From a virus (taxonomy: Duplodnaviria; Caudoviricetes): a stretch of DNA of 64,000 bases. Each line of letters opens with the position of its first letter. Position 1 is the first letter of the stretch. Below the pieces are notes generated by a model. That model saw nothing but the letters and a program-made list of their open reading frames with translations, was not told the origin of the DNA and ran no database searches. Below are positions 20,967-34,930 of this stretch, piece by piece. The DNA is taken from positions 96,001-160,000 of the IMG/VR virus record IMGVR_UViG_3300001487_000119, one strand, 5' to 3'. The translations under genes were made by a program, and so were the position numbers.

Positions 20967-23900
20967 ATGAAGATTTTAAAGCAGAAATATCATGGCCTTC
21001 CAGGTTTAGGAATTAACGGAAAAATCGGTGAATAGGGTGTTAAGGCTGAATCTATTTATATGGGCTATATAAATGATTTTTTTGATGGTGAAGATATTAG
21101 TGTTGGTACACTTATTTATGCAGCTAAACGAACATTCAATCATCCAAATGCTAGTACACTAGATGCATCTACTATAGAAGCAGCGTGGGCTGTTACTTAG
21201 CAAGAATTAAATGTTTTTCATACTCCTAATACTATATTAAAGAGTGCTGTTGAAAATTCTAGTAACAGCTCAACTTCATATATTAATTTTAAAACATTTT
21301 ATTATACTGGAACACGTTTAACAGATGATAAAATTGTTGATGACATATTTTCAGGTAATAGTTCAATATCTGATGCAAGTCTTGCAAAATTTGTTGAATT
21401 AGATTTAACTGGTGATTTTATTTCAATGTCATTTATGTTAAAAACTGCAGATAATCCTGAAAATAATTTAGATTTTAAACAATATAAATCTGAATATGAT
21501 ACAAAATTAAGTAATATGGATACTCATGATTTTTCACAATAGGGTCATGAAATTTATAATGAATACAATATTACTGATGAAAAAACATATAGAAAATTTG
21601 ATGATTCTGCCATAATATATGGAAAATTTTATGATGATTAGAATGATAGATATTTAATATATTTGCCATATGATACAAATGATGCAATATATAAATCATC
21701 TTCTGCAGCAGGAATAGCTGCAGAAGACGGAAGTTTATTATTAAATGAACAATATAGAAACTATTATGAAAATCATGGTGAATTTAATTATGTTAAAGAA
21801 TATATACCAAATAATAATGATTTATTACTTACAGATGTAAACACACATTATGCTAAATTAGATTCTAGTAAATTAGAAACCAGCATATTTTATGGTGATA
21901 ACAATATTAGCTTTTTAATTAACGGTGTTGAAACCGGTGATAAAGCATATTGGAATGAATTTTATAAAACATCATTTACTGCAAAAATATTATCAAAAAG
22001 CACATTAATACCTAATTATAGTTTGTATCAAGATGATGATTTATTAGACAGCGAAAATAATGCATTTTATGGTGTAGCATCACCGGTATTATTTAATAAT
22101 AAAGGTGATAGTAGCATATCAATTAATAATGAAGGTATTAATAAAATAAGTTCGCTTATTACAGATCCTGATTATATACAAAGAATAATTGACGGTAAAA
22201 ATAATGTTAATATATTATTAAATGACAAAAATGGTTTAAATATATTTTATTCTTTGAATGATACAGAAAGCTCATTATTTGTTCCGTCTACATTAAGCAG
22301 TTACTATAAACCAGGTGATGTATTATATTTTTATGCAGATAGTTATGCATTTAATAATATTAGTGATCAAAATTATAAAAATATAATGTATATGGTAGTA
22401 TTAACTGAAGATTTAATGGGTTGTACGCCATTACAATTAATGAGTGCAGCATAGTTAATATCACCGCTAGAAATTAAAAACTTTTCATTTAACAATAATA
22501 ACCGTGTTTGCAACTATAATAATATTGCCGTATTATTAAATGACACATCTGTTTCAAATAATACTAAAAAATTAGCATTATCTAATAAATCATATATTGG
22601 TATTGCTGATAATTATACAGATGCACCGGTTATATTAGCCGCTAAAGATGGTTCTATATTTAATAATTTTGTGGCTGTAGATTCTAGCGTTGCATTAAAT
22701 GGTAATGTTAGTAATAATTTATTTAATATTGATGTATCTGATAATATACCTATTAAATTAAATAATCTTAATATTGTATCAAATAATATAACCGAAGAAA
22801 CAAATGTTGAATTATATAATCATATATATGATTCAAATATTAAGTTTGATAATGAAAAATTTATTAAACCTCTATTAGATTTAGATTTATATTATGATAC
22901 TAATAATACAGCATTATTATCATAGACATTAAACGGTTCTGATTATTTTTATGATATTGAAAATTTATATGGTTATTTTTACGGCTGTGATATTTATAAT
23001 AGTGATATGAAAAAGATACAAACTATTACAAGTATCGATAAAATGTTAACAATTGATTTAATTCCTGATGTAAATAATACTGTTTATTATTTCCAAATGT
23101 TTGCATCATGCAGTAATAGTTTAAAATATTACAGTAAATTAACATAGCTTACATTAACATATAAATTAAATAAGTATTATGGTGAAGAAAAAGAAATAAA
23201 AATATTAGATAGAACATATTATAGTAGTCCGATAGGACAATTTTCAACAGTTATTAAAAAGAAAAAAATGCCAAAAAGAAGAACAGTAACAGAACGATAT
23301 GAAATTGATAAAATTAAAATTGAATTATTAGGATTAGATCAACATATTGTTAAAGAACAAAAATTTGGAAATATATTCTTTGATTTAACTGATATTAATG
23401 CGGAAAAAGTAGATGCTTCATTATTTGTATATACAGAAGATCCATCTATTATAATTGATGATATATTATTTAATCATAGGAGCTGTGAATATAATGAAGA
23501 TATTAAGGTTAATAATTGGTCTATTATTACACCAAATACCGATTCAGGATTAGATGCATCTGTATTTAATATTGATTTAAGTTCAAATCTTCCGGCATTT
23601 AATAATTCAACCGGTATATGTAAAAATATTCAAGAATATATTATATTAGGTTCTGAACATATTGAAGAAAATAGTAATAATAGTGAATCAAAATTATTTA
23701 ATTTATTAAGCAATTCAAATTATATTAAGCCGGCAAGTATGCAAAGATCTATATTGGTTACTGCAAAATACCATTATAAAGATCATCCATATGAATATTA
23801 CTATGAAAATTATAATATAGTTCAACCAGGATTTAAAGATACTCGTGATGTACCTGTATTTGAATTAAACACACATACTTCAATACATGAATTAGAATCA

Positions 23901-25943
23901 TATAATTCAATAGATAATGGTGTCCTTAATAACCAATTTGTAACATACATTGATATTAATATTAAAGATTTCAAAAAATAGTGGGGATAGTTTATAGTTG
24001 ATCCGTCTATTAAAATTTCAATGGATGTTAGTATTGCTAATATTGATTATGATTTAAATTGGCAATATAATTATATTGTTGAGCAATTAACATCTCGCCG
24101 TACATTTAAAGTAATTTTGGAAGATATTGATTCATCCATAACTAAACTTAATAATTATGTAAAATTAACAACATCATTATTTGAAACCAGCAATAATTTA
24201 TTAACAAAAAATACTAATAATTGTAATAGTATAAACGGTAGTTTAAATTGTGGTGGTAGTTATAATATTGATTCAAGCTTTATATTATATAATACACCGG
24301 ATAATACTAAAGGAATAAAACCATTAATTGTCGATAATTATATTTTATGTGATAAGCAATTTATAGATATTCATAAAAATTCTAATTTAATGTATAATGG
24401 TTTACAAAATAATATAATGATTGGATTATCTGATATACCTATTTCAGATGATATTGATACAATTAAACTTAAATTATCATTGGAAATGGGTAATCCGATG
24501 TTAGCTAATATGTATTTTAGATTTGTTGTTAAACATATTAATATAAAAGTTAATATTGATAATAGCGATACTCCTAGTATATTTACAACATTTGTTCCAA
24601 ATACATTTAATGTTGATACAAAAAATACATATTTGGCTAATATATATGCAGATGTTAATACTTCACGTAAAATTAATCGTGTAAATTATAAATATATTTC
24701 AAACCCGATAGATATAACATTTAATCCGTTATCATATACAGTTTGTCCGAATGATGCCGAAACTACATATACAAATATATATGGCAGTTTAGACAAGTAC
24801 GGTATTAAAGATCAAATCAAGAAAGAACTTAAATTCTTTAATTCATCTGTATATGAGCATAATCCATATAATTATACAGGAAAACAAATACGTGAACATA
24901 GCTATTATCCGTTTAATAATCTTTATATTAAAAAATCTTATATACAAGATAATGTTAAGGCTATTAATGTAAAACCTGTTTCATTATGGGATGTAATTCA
25001 AAAAACAAATTTAACAACATTATCTTCTAGTATTAATGAAGAATTAAAGCAACATAATGTTTTAGATTTTATTGAAGGTAACAAATATTTAAGTATTGTA
25101 TATAATTCTGTTATTATGTCACCGAGAATTAGAAATGACAAATATTGTTTCTATTATAATGATAATTTATATCCGCGTGCTAAATATGATCAAAAAGTTA
25201 ATAATATGCCTGTATTTGCATATGATACACAGTCTATAGAATTACGTGATGACATTTTAATTAATTCAATGGATAAATGGAATGATTATTATACAGAACA
25301 TAAAACTTTTGATTCTGAAAAAGCATATCATGGTGTTTTAAGTTTATATGGTAATGGTTATACTCAAATAGTAGATGATATCAGCACTGATATATTTAAT
25401 GAATATGTTATGGATCTTAAGAAAGTAAAAAATCAAAATGATGTATCTATTAATTTATATTCCGGAATTAATGAAGTTGATATCAATCCGATGAAACAAG
25501 ATCAACCGAATAATAAAGAATATTTTAGAGGGTTCTTATATGATATAAACTGGGAATTCCCATATTATGATAATAAAAATGAAATAATTCCATATAGAAT
25601 AGTATCACCATTTGATAATTTCTTAAATAATACTAGTACTAATATTCAAGAAATTTATCAAGATTATTATAATGCATTAACAGACTTAACAGATGCTTCA
25701 TATGGCACTAATATGGTTCCATCTAATTTATTATTTGATATTAATCCGCGTATTGCATATAATTTTGAAAATAATGGTGTAAATGTTTTAATGTTAAGAC
25801 GCCCATCTATTGGAACTGATACTGATAATATTAGTACTTCTACAGATTTTAAAGAAAAATATGAATTTAATAATCAGTTATTTGATTTAGTATCTGCAAT
25901 AGAAAAATTATCATCACCATATATTATAAAATCAAATGAATAA
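20967..25943 (+). CDS. Giant TAG-recoded protein (1658 aa), probably virion structural
   Basis: Track ORFs 21663, 22671, 23268 and 24021 share one frame with ATG 20967; at least 9 in-frame TAGs; AATAAATA at 20934; short G-X-Y run at N-terminus. Confidence 0.85.
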
Positions 25944-26246
25944 AATAACTGAATTAAATTATATTAAATTTGAAAATAGATAACTAATGCATTAAACCAG
26001 GATTCTGTAAATCGAAGACAACATCATTAATCAGAATGAATTTCAGATATTGAAATAAACTTCATTATTAAAATAATAAAACCACTAAACATACTTTAAA
26101 TGCTTAGTGGTTTTTGTTTGTTTATATTAAATTTAAAATAAATCTATTAACCGGAATAACTAACATTAGTTATTTTATGATAGGTTGAGAAAAAAGTTTT
26201 TTTGCAGTGAAAATAAATATATTGATAACAAAAAATATATAGAATA

Positions 26247-26951
26247 ATGAAAAGAGATAATAAAAAAGCTTTATATGAAAGCATTATGACTTCTATAGCT
26301 AAAGAAGTTAAAAAAGCATTAAATGAATATGATAGTTGGACTACTACAACATTGGATGTGATAACATAGGATGAAGAACAATCTGATGCTGATTTTGTAG
26401 ATTTGGGACTATCAGTTAAGTGGGCTAAGTATAATTTAGGTGCAACACCAGGTAAAAATGCTAAAGATTGGTATGGTGATTTTTATGCATGGGGTGAAAC
26501 TGAACCAAAATTAGATTATAAAATGAATAATTATAAATTAAACAATTATAATGACAAATATCATTAGGGTAAAAAGATGGTTCTTGATCCTAATGATGAT
26601 GCTGCGACTGTTAATTATGGCAAACCTTGGAGAATGCCAACAAAAGAAGAAATAAGAGAATTATTAAAACATACTACTAATCGTTGGGTTACTAATTATA
26701 AAGGAATTAAAGGATTAAATGGCCGATTATTTATTAGTAAAATAAACGGTAATTCAATTTTTATTCCTGCGGCTGGTTATTGTGAAGGTTCTGATATTAA
26801 TGATGTTGGTTCTTATTGCTACCTATGGTCTTCAAGTCTTAATTTAGACTACACATATGATGCATACTACTTTGACTTTAATTCAGACCATATTATTGCG
26901 TTAAGCTGCAATCGTTGCGATGGTTTTTCAGTTCGTCCTGTCATGGCTTAA
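26247..26951 (+). CDS. Leader-B protein with VDLGLSVKW lectin-like domain; candidate DGR target
   Basis: MKRDNKKALYESIMTSIAKEVKKALNEY; one TAG; YAWGE, DDAA, WRMPT, FIPAAG, YLWSSS, R..GFSVRPV. Confidence 0.88.
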
Positions 26952-26980
26952 GGATTTACTACTCACTGAAAATAAGAAAT

Positions 26981-27030
26981 AAAAATGGTGAAACTGCTGG
27001 TTCAAACCCGTATAAAGTTTCACCATTTTT
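26981..27030 (+). terminator. Long-loop hairpin/terminator after candidate DGR target
   Basis: aaaaatggtgaaact ... agtttcaccattttt (15-bp stem). Confidence 0.6.
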
Positions 27031-27095
27031 CTATTTAATAACTAATAAACAATATCATAAAACCGTTATATAATAATAAAATAATAAAGGCTTTA

Positions 27096-28718
27096 GTGCA
27101 AATTGATATAACATATGACAATCAATATTTGGTATGCAATTCAGATTATCCTTATGAACTACAGCTATTAAAGAATTTTTTGACAAGGGAAATTTCTAAT
27201 GCTTGGTTACTTAAGAAAAAGATGCCTTATATTAATACTGAACGCTGTTTTATAAATGAATATGGAATGGTGCCGGTTGGTTTATGGTTAGAAGTTCTTC
27301 AATTTTGCAAGCAATTTAATATTTCTGCAAATTTAACAGAAAATACTACAAATTATATTAATCAATTCCAATTAGATTATCAGGCTTTTCACATTTATAT
27401 AGATGATATGTTCAATGGTGCTGAAATGCCTATTAAAGATGATGACGGAAATATAGAATGTTATGTGCCATTTAAACCTCATGAATATCAAATTAAAGCT
27501 GCATATACTCTAATTAAATATAGAAAAGCTTGCGGAGAAATATCTACTTCAGGCGGAAAAACTCTTATATCATTTATATTATTTAAATATTTTATTGATA
27601 TGGGAGTTAAAAAAGTTTTATATATAGTTCCATCTGTTGATTTAGCAAATCAATCTGCAGAAAAATATGAATTATATGAATCATATCTTAAAAAGCATAA
27701 ACACAATTGGGAAATTGGAGTATTACATTCCGGTTTAACTAAAAAAGAAAGAGAAAAAGTAGAATCATGTAATGTTTTATTTAGCACTTTTCAATCTTTA
27801 AATAGAAAAGAAAATGAATTTTTTAAAGATTTTGGAGCATGTATAAATGACGAAACACACCATGCATCAGCTGCTACTGTAAAAAAGACATTATCTAAAT
27901 GTGTTAATTTACGATATTCTATAGGTGTAACAGGAACATTTCCGAAACCTAATACTATTGAAAATATTGAAATTCAATCATATATTGGCCCTGTTGTTTA
28001 TAAATTAACTTCAGATCAATTAATTAATGAAGAACATGCGGCTACCCCAATTTATATAGTTTTTCAAATTATGAATTGGGGAACACAAGATGAAAAACGT
28101 CAACTTTATTATAATAGAGCGCAAAAAGCTAATAATGAAGATGATATGCAACTTGGAAATAAATTATTAAAACAAGAGCAAGAATTTGTTAATAATTCGT
28201 ATACTCGATTGAAATTTATTGGAGATTTGGCAATTAAAATGGCTAAAAATACTCTTATAATATTCGGAGATGTTAAAGGCGGATACGGAAAAAAGATTAT
28301 GGAATATATAAAAGAGAATTCTGATAAGAATGTCTATTATGTAGATGGAAATACACCAAATGAAAATCGAGAATATTATAAAAAATGTATGGCGGAAGAT
28401 ACTACTGGAAAAACAATAATTGTCGGAAGTATAGGAACATTCGGGGAAGGTCTGGATATTGGAAATTTGGAATCTATATTCTTAGTTAATTCAGCAAAAT
28501 CAGATAGAATGGTTAGACAAGTTGTTGGACGTGGTTTACGTAATGCATCCGGAAAAGAAAAATGTATTTTATATGATTTTGTAGATGATTTAAGATATAG
28601 TGAAGATAAGAAAAAACGATATTATGACAATTATATGTGGGCTCACTATAAAACCAGAAAAGGAATTTATACTGAACAACATTTTCCGACATATGAACAA
28701 AAATATGATTTTAAATAA
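27096..28718 (+). CDS. uvsW: UvsW-like superfamily 2 DNA helicase
   Basis: TSGGKT, IVPS..L, DETH, TGT, GTFGEGLDI, QVVGRGLR, LYDFVDD. Confidence 0.88.
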   Translation: MQIDITYDNQYLVCNSDYPYELQLLKNFLTREISNAWLLKKKMPYINTERCFINEYGMVPVGLWLEVLQFCKQFNISANLTENTTNYINQFQLDYQAFHIYIDDMFNGAEMPIKDDDGNIECYVPFKPHEYQIKAAYTLIKYRKACGEISTSGGKTLISFILFKYFIDMGVKKVLYIVPSVDLANQSAEKYELYESYLKKHKHNWEIGVLHSGLTKKEREKVESCNVLFSTFQSLNRKENEFFKDFGACINDETHHASAATVKKTLSKCVNLRYSIGVTGTFPKPNTIENIEIQSYIGPVVYKLTSDQLINEEHAATPIYIVFQIMNWGTQDEKRQLYYNRAQKANNEDDMQLGNKLLKQEQEFVNNSYTRLKFIGDLAIKMAKNTLIIFGDVKGGYGKKIMEYIKENSDKNVYYVDGNTPNENREYYKKCMAEDTTGKTIIVGSIGTFGEGLDIGNLESIFLVNSAKSDRMVRQVVGRGLRNASGKEKCILYDFVDDLRYSEDKKKRYYDNYMWAHYKTRKGIYTEQHFPTYEQKYDFK

Positions 28719-28744
28719 AAAGAGATTCAAATTTGAATCTCTTT
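28718..28744. terminator. Bidirectional terminator
   Basis: aaagagattcaaatttgaatctcttt. Confidence 0.7.
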
Positions 28745-28749
28745 ATTTT

Positions 28750-29556
28750 TTATAATTTTATTACCGGACGAATTGGTAATCCGCATAACCTACTTTCAGC
28801 AATATATTGCCAATAACCTTTATATATAGTTAAAATTTCTAATTCATTATTATCACCATCCCATGTAGAAATTGGACCTGATATCCAATATTCAATATGG
28901 CCATCAGCTAAAGCTGGTTTAGAACCAAAACTAGTATGTCCGCTAGCAGGTAAAAATAATGTATTCCCATTAATTTTACTAATTAATAATGCGCCATACA
29001 GCTAATTAATATTATTGTATTTTCGTTTATATTTAACTGTTGTATATTTTTTTAATTCTTCAAACTATTGCATAGTTGGCATATAAAATTTAAAGTTATG
29101 TAAATGCATATTTTGGTAAGCAGCATCATCTTCTGGCAGCAAATAATCTAAATTATCTATATTTGATTTATCATATTTTGTTTTTACATTAAATGCATAT
29201 TTTGTTAACTAATAAATTCTACCAAATTTATAATTATCCCAATTATATTCCGGTTTATTTGCTTCAATCTCACCCCATGCATAATAATCACCACGCCAAT
29301 CTTCTGAATTAGACTATTCTGGATGATTATTTAATAATTCATAATCACATCCTAAATTGTATTTGCACCACAGAGTTCCAGATGGTAGTCCAAGATCAAC
29401 TACGTTATTCATTAAATCTAAATACTCTTTAGTTCCATCTTGATGATTAACTTTGCTATTAGACTGCCCTTGAATATCTTCTTGATCTTCATAGTCATCT
29501 AATGCAAATTTAATTCCTCTATTAACAGCTTCTAATATTTTATTATAATTTTTCAT
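28750..29556 (-). CDS. Leader-A lectin-like paralog (TAG-recoded)
   Basis: Leader + VDLGLPSGTLWCKYNLG; ends GLPIRPVIKL-TAA; 269 codons. Confidence 0.88.
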
Positions 29557-29563
29557 AATTAAT

Positions 29564-30367
29564 TTATAAATTTATTACCGGGCGAATATTAAACCCGTTA
29601 GCACGACTGACAATATTATCGCCATATCTATTGGAATTGAAAAAACAATAGTAAGCCCAGCGAGCATCAGATAAGAAAAGACTCGAAGACCACAATAAAC
29701 AAGCAGAACCAACATTTCCACATGAATCACCGGCTGCCGGGATAAACAACTAATTTCCGTTTTTCTTTCCTTCAAAAACTCTGCCGTTCAATCCTTGAAT
29801 TCCGCTATCATCTTCATGATTATGTATAGTTTTATTAGGATCATAATTATTAACCCAATAGTTTTTAGTGCAATTTCCTAATTCTTCAAACTATTCTTTA
29901 GTCGGAATATGAAATTTAAAATTATATAATTTTTTATTCTAGTAAGCTGCATCATCTTCTGGTAATAATTCAGATAAATTATCAGTAAAACCATTTAAAC
30001 CAACATCAGGAACATTACAATATTTAGTTAAAGATCCATCAAAATAATCATTTCCAAATTTATAATTATCCCAATTATATTCCGGTTTATTTCCTTCTAA
30101 TTCACCCCATGCATAGTATTTTCCATACCAGTCTTCTGGATTAGTTAACTGGTTTGGATTAACATCTAAGTTATACTTGCACCATAAGGTTCCTGAAGGA
30201 AGATCCAAATCTACCACTTCTTTCATTAAATCTAAATATTCATTCATTCCACCCTAATATTTAACTTTGCTGTTAACTTGACCTTGAAGTTCATTATCTT
30301 CAAAATCATCCAATGCAAATTTAATTCCTCTATTAATAGCTTCTAATATTTTATTATAATTTTTCAT
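29564..30367 (-). CDS. Leader-A lectin-like paralog (TAG-recoded)
   Basis: KY(TAG)GG aligns with KYQGG of paralogs; ends GFNIRPVINL. Confidence 0.88.
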
Positions 30368-30376
30368 TTAATTAAT

Positions 30377-31246
30377 TTATAAATTTATTACTGGGCGAAT
30401 ATTATAACCAGTACAACGATAATTAGTGTAAATATCGAAATTGTCTGAATAGAAGCATAAAGAGTAAGCATGGTTGGGACATTCTAAATAAAGAGTTGAA
30501 GACCATAAGTAAATATAATAATCAACATTATTAACACTATCGCCAATATAATAACCAGCTGCAGGAATAAATAACTAATTTCCATTCTTTCCTTCAAATA
30601 TTCTGCCATTCAAACCTTTAATTCCACCATCATTTTTTGGATTATGAATAGTTTTATTTGGATTATAATTTTTAACCTAATAATTACTTGTATATTTTAT
30701 TAGTTCTTCACACTATTCTTTAGTCGGTATACGGAATTTAAAATTATGGCATTTTTTAAATTGATAAGCAGCATCATCTTCTGGAAGAAGTTCAGTTAAA
30801 TTATCTGCAAATTGTGTATATGGATAATTTTCATTATTGTCTATTCTTTTAACTCCATCTTCTTTTTTACTACAATATTTAGTCATTTTTTCTAAATATG
30901 GACGTTTACCAGAATATTTATAATTAGCCCAACCGAAATAACTTTTACCATCTTTGTTTGTTTTATTTCCTTCTAATTCACCCCAAGCATAATATTTACC
31001 ATACCAGTTTTTAGCTTTAGTTAATTGATTAGAATTAACATCAAGATTATATTTACACCATAAAGTTCCAGAAGGAAGCCCCAAATCAACGACTTCTTCC
31101 ATTAAATCCAACCATTCTTTGGTTCCATATTGATAATTAACTTTACTATTAGTTTGACCTTGAAGTTCATCTTGATTATCAAAGTCATCTAAAGCAAACT
31201 TAATACCTCTATTGACAGCTTCTAATATTTGTTTATAATTCTTCAT
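30377..31246 (-). CDS. Leader-A lectin-like paralog (TAG-recoded)
   Basis: Leader; PTKE(TAG); ends GYNIRPVINL; AATAAATA upstream (31254-31261). Confidence 0.88.
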
Positions 31247-31321
31247 ATCAATATATTTATTTTTAACATTTTAGCTGAACTATAATACAATAATAAATAA
31301 TAAAACTATTGAAAGGCGAAT

Positions 31322-31987
31322 ATGAAAAGTATATTTATAGGATTTGATTTTAGTATGAATAAACCGGCCGCGACATTATTATATGATTAGCAATTTTATC
31401 ATTTAATATGGCCAGCAGATTTATCAGAAAAACATTAGAATATTTATAAAGATCATGATGTCTATTGTTATTCTAGAGGATTGAGTGCTGTTTCTACTAA
31501 AGATAAAAATTCATAGATTGTTTTAGAACATACTATACGTTCAACTGAATTAGCAAATCTTATAATAAACACTTTAGATTATATTATAGATGATATGTTA
31601 AAAATTTCTTCAGATACACCAATTTATATTTCATCTGAGGGGTTATCATATGGATCTAAGGGTGATGCTGCTTTGAATCTTGCAACATATAAAGGTGTTT
31701 TACTTAGCAAATTATATGAAAAATATAAAGATAGATTATATGGACTTTATACATATTCGCCTATTACATTAAAAGCTACTGCTGGTTGTGCAGCTAAAAA
31801 TAAACAAACATCTAAAACACCGATGATAGATGCATTTATGAGAGAACCGGTTAATAACAAATTTCATAATGGTTTAATAGCTGGGGATTTTATAAATAAA
31901 ACTGCATATATTCATTGTGTTGATGATATAGTTGACAGTTATTGGGCGTTAATAACTATGATTAAAAAGGAAGGGTTTCTTAAGTAA
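31322..31987 (+). CDS. RuvC-like Holliday junction resolvase (TAG-recoded)
   Basis: IGFDFSMNKPA, SEGLSYGS, PITLK, DDIVDSYW acidic motifs; three TAGs in the 5' part. Confidence 0.8.
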
Positions 31988-32871
31988 TGAATTTAAATCT
32001 TGAAATAGAACAAGGAAGTTAGGCTGATAATATTGGAAAAAAATTACAATAGTCTACAGAAGATCTTGCAAAAGAAAAAGTATCTAATGCTGCTTTGGGT
32101 GCTGCAGATATTGTTGCATCTACTGGTATTAATGTCGGTGTCGGTTCAACTGATTAGATTATTGCAGATAATATCAGTGCGGCTATGAAATTAGCAGGCC
32201 GTGAAGGATTAACAAATTTAGCAAATAATCTATAGGGATATACACATAATTTAACTGAAATGGGATTAAATACACCGGAAGAACTTGTTAATATATTATT
32301 AGAACAAATAAATGAAGTTTTAGCAGAAGGCGGTGTAATAGACCAAATCAGTAAAAGCATGGCTATTGCAAAAAATATAACAGATGCAACTCAACAAGGT
32401 TTACAAATTGCATCATCCGGTATAACTATTGCAGGTAATATTAGTAAACTTATGACATAGTTAAATAAAATGCAAGATGTCGAAGTTACATGTATACCGT
32501 CTATTAAAGATTCAACTAGTGCATTTGCCGCTTCAATATTAGATCAGATAGTTGCACAATATACCGCACTTAAAGAATAGTTAATAATTTTTTATAATGC
32601 AATGATTTGTACATCAAATGATTCTGTTATTGATAATATAGTTGTGTCTATAAATTCAATATTAACTACATTAGAACCTTTATTAGATCAATTATTAAAA
32701 CAATATACAGGATTTACTGTAAGCGAAGTTAGAAATATTTGTAATCAGGGTTTTGCATATATTGGGATGATTGAACGTGCAGCAGCAAGAAAGCAATATG
32801 AAGAAACAGAAAATATAGAAAACACTGATACAAATACAGAAGAAAATAGAGAAACTACTGAAAATAATTAA
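31987..32871 (+). CDS. Hypothetical helical protein (TAG-recoded)
   Basis: TAATG coupling at both ends; track ORFs 32260 and 32602 in frame. Confidence 0.8.
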
Positions 32872-34919
32872 TGAAATATTTTAAATTTGAATAGTTTGCA
32901 ATATCTAATACAGCTAAAAGACTGGGTATAGATAATTCTGTTCCATTAAAATTTTAGCCTAGAGCTGCTGAATTAGTTGATACTATATTAGATCCTTTGC
33001 GTGAAGCATGGGGTTCTGATATTGATATGACATCTGGTTATCGTTGTGAAGAATTAAACAATGCAATCGGTGGTTCAAAAACATCAGCGCATTCTCACGT
33101 ATATGCAGCAGATTTGGTACCGTCAAATGGTAAAGTTGAAGAATTTAAAGAATTTACCATGCATTGGTTGTATGACAATAATATTAAATTTGACCAATAT
33201 ATTAATGAATATAAAGGTAATAGTTCATGGGTTCATATCGGCATTAGAAATGGTAGTGGCCAACAACGTCAACAATATAAATTATTTTATGGCGGAAAAT
33301 ATACTAAAATTGATCCTAATACATTTACTAGTATAAAAAATCGTAATATGTCTGGACAACCTAATAATATTAATAAAGTTGATTCAGATACACAGGTGAC
33401 ATCTATTGTATAGCAAGAAGTAAATCCTACAGTAGCTGCTACAACATATGATAATAATTTTACAACCGGCGGCGGTAATACACAAACAGGTTCCACTGCT
33501 GGATTATTAACTGCTTTTGATGATATATATTTAAAAAATATATCAAATAAAGATAATAATACAAATGATAGTGTTGATAATGAACAAATTAAATCTAATA
33601 GTATATATTAGAAAGATGATAATGGAGATCCAATATTAAATGAATATGGTAATCCTACAGTAACTGATGATTATTTATATGAATTTGATGAGGATGATGA
33701 TATGATTGATGATATGGAAGTTCCAAATGCGGATGAAGTATATCCTGTATTATCACAATCAATACAACAAAATAATTTATCAAATAATTCAACACAAAAT
33801 AGTTCAGTATCAAATATTAATAATGTTCCATCAGCTGTTGATATTGAAGATAAAAATGCTAATACACCAGAAGCTAAAAAATTATTAGAGGATATCCGTA
33901 GAAAACGAAATCTGGAGAAATGGAATTTAAAATCACAAGATTTACCATTAGCAGAAGCAAAAGCAGAATTATATAAATGGCTTCAGGGACAATCAATCAT
34001 TTTATAGAATGCTTTTTATATTCTTATATTTAAAGATATGATTGACAGAATAAAAACATTAATCGAACAATTACAAAATACATCTCAAATGAATATGGTA
34101 ACATTATTAAATTCATTAAATGATGTTATAAGTATATTTAATGATTTGGGAATAACACCGGATGCTGAAGGTATAGATATGCAAGATTTAAAAAATCTTG
34201 GTATGGCAGTAGTCGGAACGCTTGCTGATACCGGTGTTAATATAGGTAATCAAGTTTATAATAATTCAATGCAATATACACAAAATAATATAAATGCATC
34301 AATTGCAGAACTTAGAAATCAAACTGGACTTATAATAGATTCTGATATTATCGGTAAATCACAAAATATTGTTGCCGGCGCAACTGAAATGGGAAATGAA
34401 TTAGGAATGTCTGTAGCAGAAGCATCAAAAACAATAAATTCATCTGATAATAAGATTGGTAGTATACAAGTACCGACAATTGCTAAAGCCACTGGTTCTG
34501 ATATAGTTGCTAATATGGTGGATGGCGGAATTAATAATATTATTAATACCGGACAAATTGTAAGTATGCAAAATGTAACAGGTGCCGCAGATGAATTGAA
34601 AAATAGATTTACAAATATATCAAATAATATAAAAGAACCATTTTCATATCAACAATCAAATGACGGTAAAAATATTACAATTGATATCATTATTAATAAA
34701 GATCCGGCATTAAATATTATAAAAATAAATTCATTTCTTAAATCATATACATACGGTAATAATGAACGAATTTTTAATGCAGGTGCTATTAAATATATTA
34801 GAGATACATTTAATCAAGCATGGCAAACAAATGAATATACAACAATATATGTTGATGCTATTGTAGAAGGTATTACAAAACACTATATATTTAATTTTAC
34901 TATAAAAAGAAGTAATTAA
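32871..34919 (+). CDS. Peptidase M15 (Zn peptidoglycan peptidase) domain fused to long C-terminal region, 682 aa
   Basis: LDPLRE.WG..I..TSGYRC..LN..IGGS.TSAH....AAD..WVHI; in frame with 33702 and 34038 ORFs through TAGs. Confidence 0.85.
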
Positions 34920-34930
34920 AGAAATAACAG

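Noticed and set aside
25944-26246. Possible ncRNA in 300-bp intergenic gap
   Set aside because: Only a terminator-like hairpin (~26078-26116) and an AATAAATA motif are supportable; no recognisable RNA family
26995-27012. tRNA T-loop-like GGTTCAAACCC
   Set aside because: No D-arm, anticodon arm or acceptor stem could be built; it lies in the loop of a hairpin. tRNAscan-SE/ARAGORN would settle it
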